From the NCBI GenBank assembly GCA_965261395.1, contig OZ253462.1:1568001-1632000 (forward strand): 64,000 nucleotides of DNA. The letters run 5' to 3'. Made by a program: the position numbers and the translations under genes. This stretch comes from Candidatus Latescibacterota bacterium (GTDB lineage Bacteria; Latescibacterota; UBA2968; UBA8231). Within the stretch, counting starts at the first letter, position 1, and each line of letters opens with the position of its first letter. This document shows, in pieces, positions 63,600 to 64,000 of this stretch. Below the pieces are notes generated by a model. That model was not told the DNA's origin. It saw only the letters and a list, made by a program, of their open reading frames with translations, and ran no database searches.

Positions 63600-64000
63600 T
63601 CAAGACTGGTCCACCCGCCGCTTGCGCCACCAGCGCCAGAGCAGCACCGCCCCCACCAAGCACAGGATCCCCACCAATAATCTATTGTATTGTGCGAGCA
63701 GTTCAGTGACCTGCTCCCAGTTCTCACCCACCAAAATCCCGGCGTAGAGCAGCAATCCGTTCCAAACTGCCATGCCGATCGCGCCGCATAGCGCGACGGT
63801 TGGCCAAGGCATGCGCCCCAGACCAGCGCCGATGGCGATGGCCGACCGAATGCCGCTCAAAAATCGGTTGCCGAGAATGAGCGCGACACCGTAGCGATTG
63901 AGCCACCGCTCGGCTTGGGCCAACTTCGCTGCGCCCCGACGACCCGCGAAAAAGGCGCGGCCCCGGCTATAGCCCAAATAGTATATGACTAAAAAGCCCG
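63600..64000 (-). CDS. DedA-family membrane protein (5' end outside the window)
   Basis: RYGVALILGNRFLSGIRSAIAIGAG. Confidence 0.85.
   Translation of the reverse strand, partial: GFLVIYYLGYSRGRAFFAGRRGAAKLAQAERWLNRYGVALILGNRFLSGIRSAIAIGAGLGRMPWPTVALCGAIGMAVWNGLLLYAGILVGENWEQVTELLAQYNRLLVGILCLVGAVLLWRWWRKRRVDQS

Overview
GC-rich bacterial chromosome segment. FlgD-Ig-tailed secreted proteins, an SWGxLK C-terminal motif, a PhyH dioxygenase and many Gfo/Idh/MocA, SDR and AKR enzymes suggest an FCB-group organism such as Latescibacterota; this assignment is inference. Core genes (tyrS, guaA, nadB, gatB, rplM-rpsI-rpsB-tsf-frr with no pyrH) alternate with lower-GC accessory or defence patches at about 0.1-3.9 kb, 5.4-12.1 kb, 29.2-35.1 kb and 39.8-53.3 kb. 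Highlights: (1) A 19-aa leader peptide with three tandem Tyr codons (MQTLRADRHYYYTSLDREG) lies upstream of tyrS with protector, antiterminator and terminator segments, which looks like a ribosome-mediated Tyr attenuator rather than a T-box. (2) An integrase-free tandem cargo array: gene X (4007-5350) is followed by cargo 1, a 679-bp allelic copy of its 3' end, cargo 2, a 121-bp copy of its 3' end, and then the presumed native downstream gene. (3) Cargo 2 is a three-gene GHKL ATPase / methyltransferase-fold / Dcm operon with no nuclease. (4) Three antitoxins of different TA families each keep only a short stub of the toxin gene. (5) A type I RM locus has an HTH-HsdM fusion on a consensus near-leaderless promoter, two similar TRDs and cargo genes between hsdS and hsdR. 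No tRNA, rRNA, CRISPR array, integrase or transposase was recognised. All family calls come from motif recognition by eye, not database searches.
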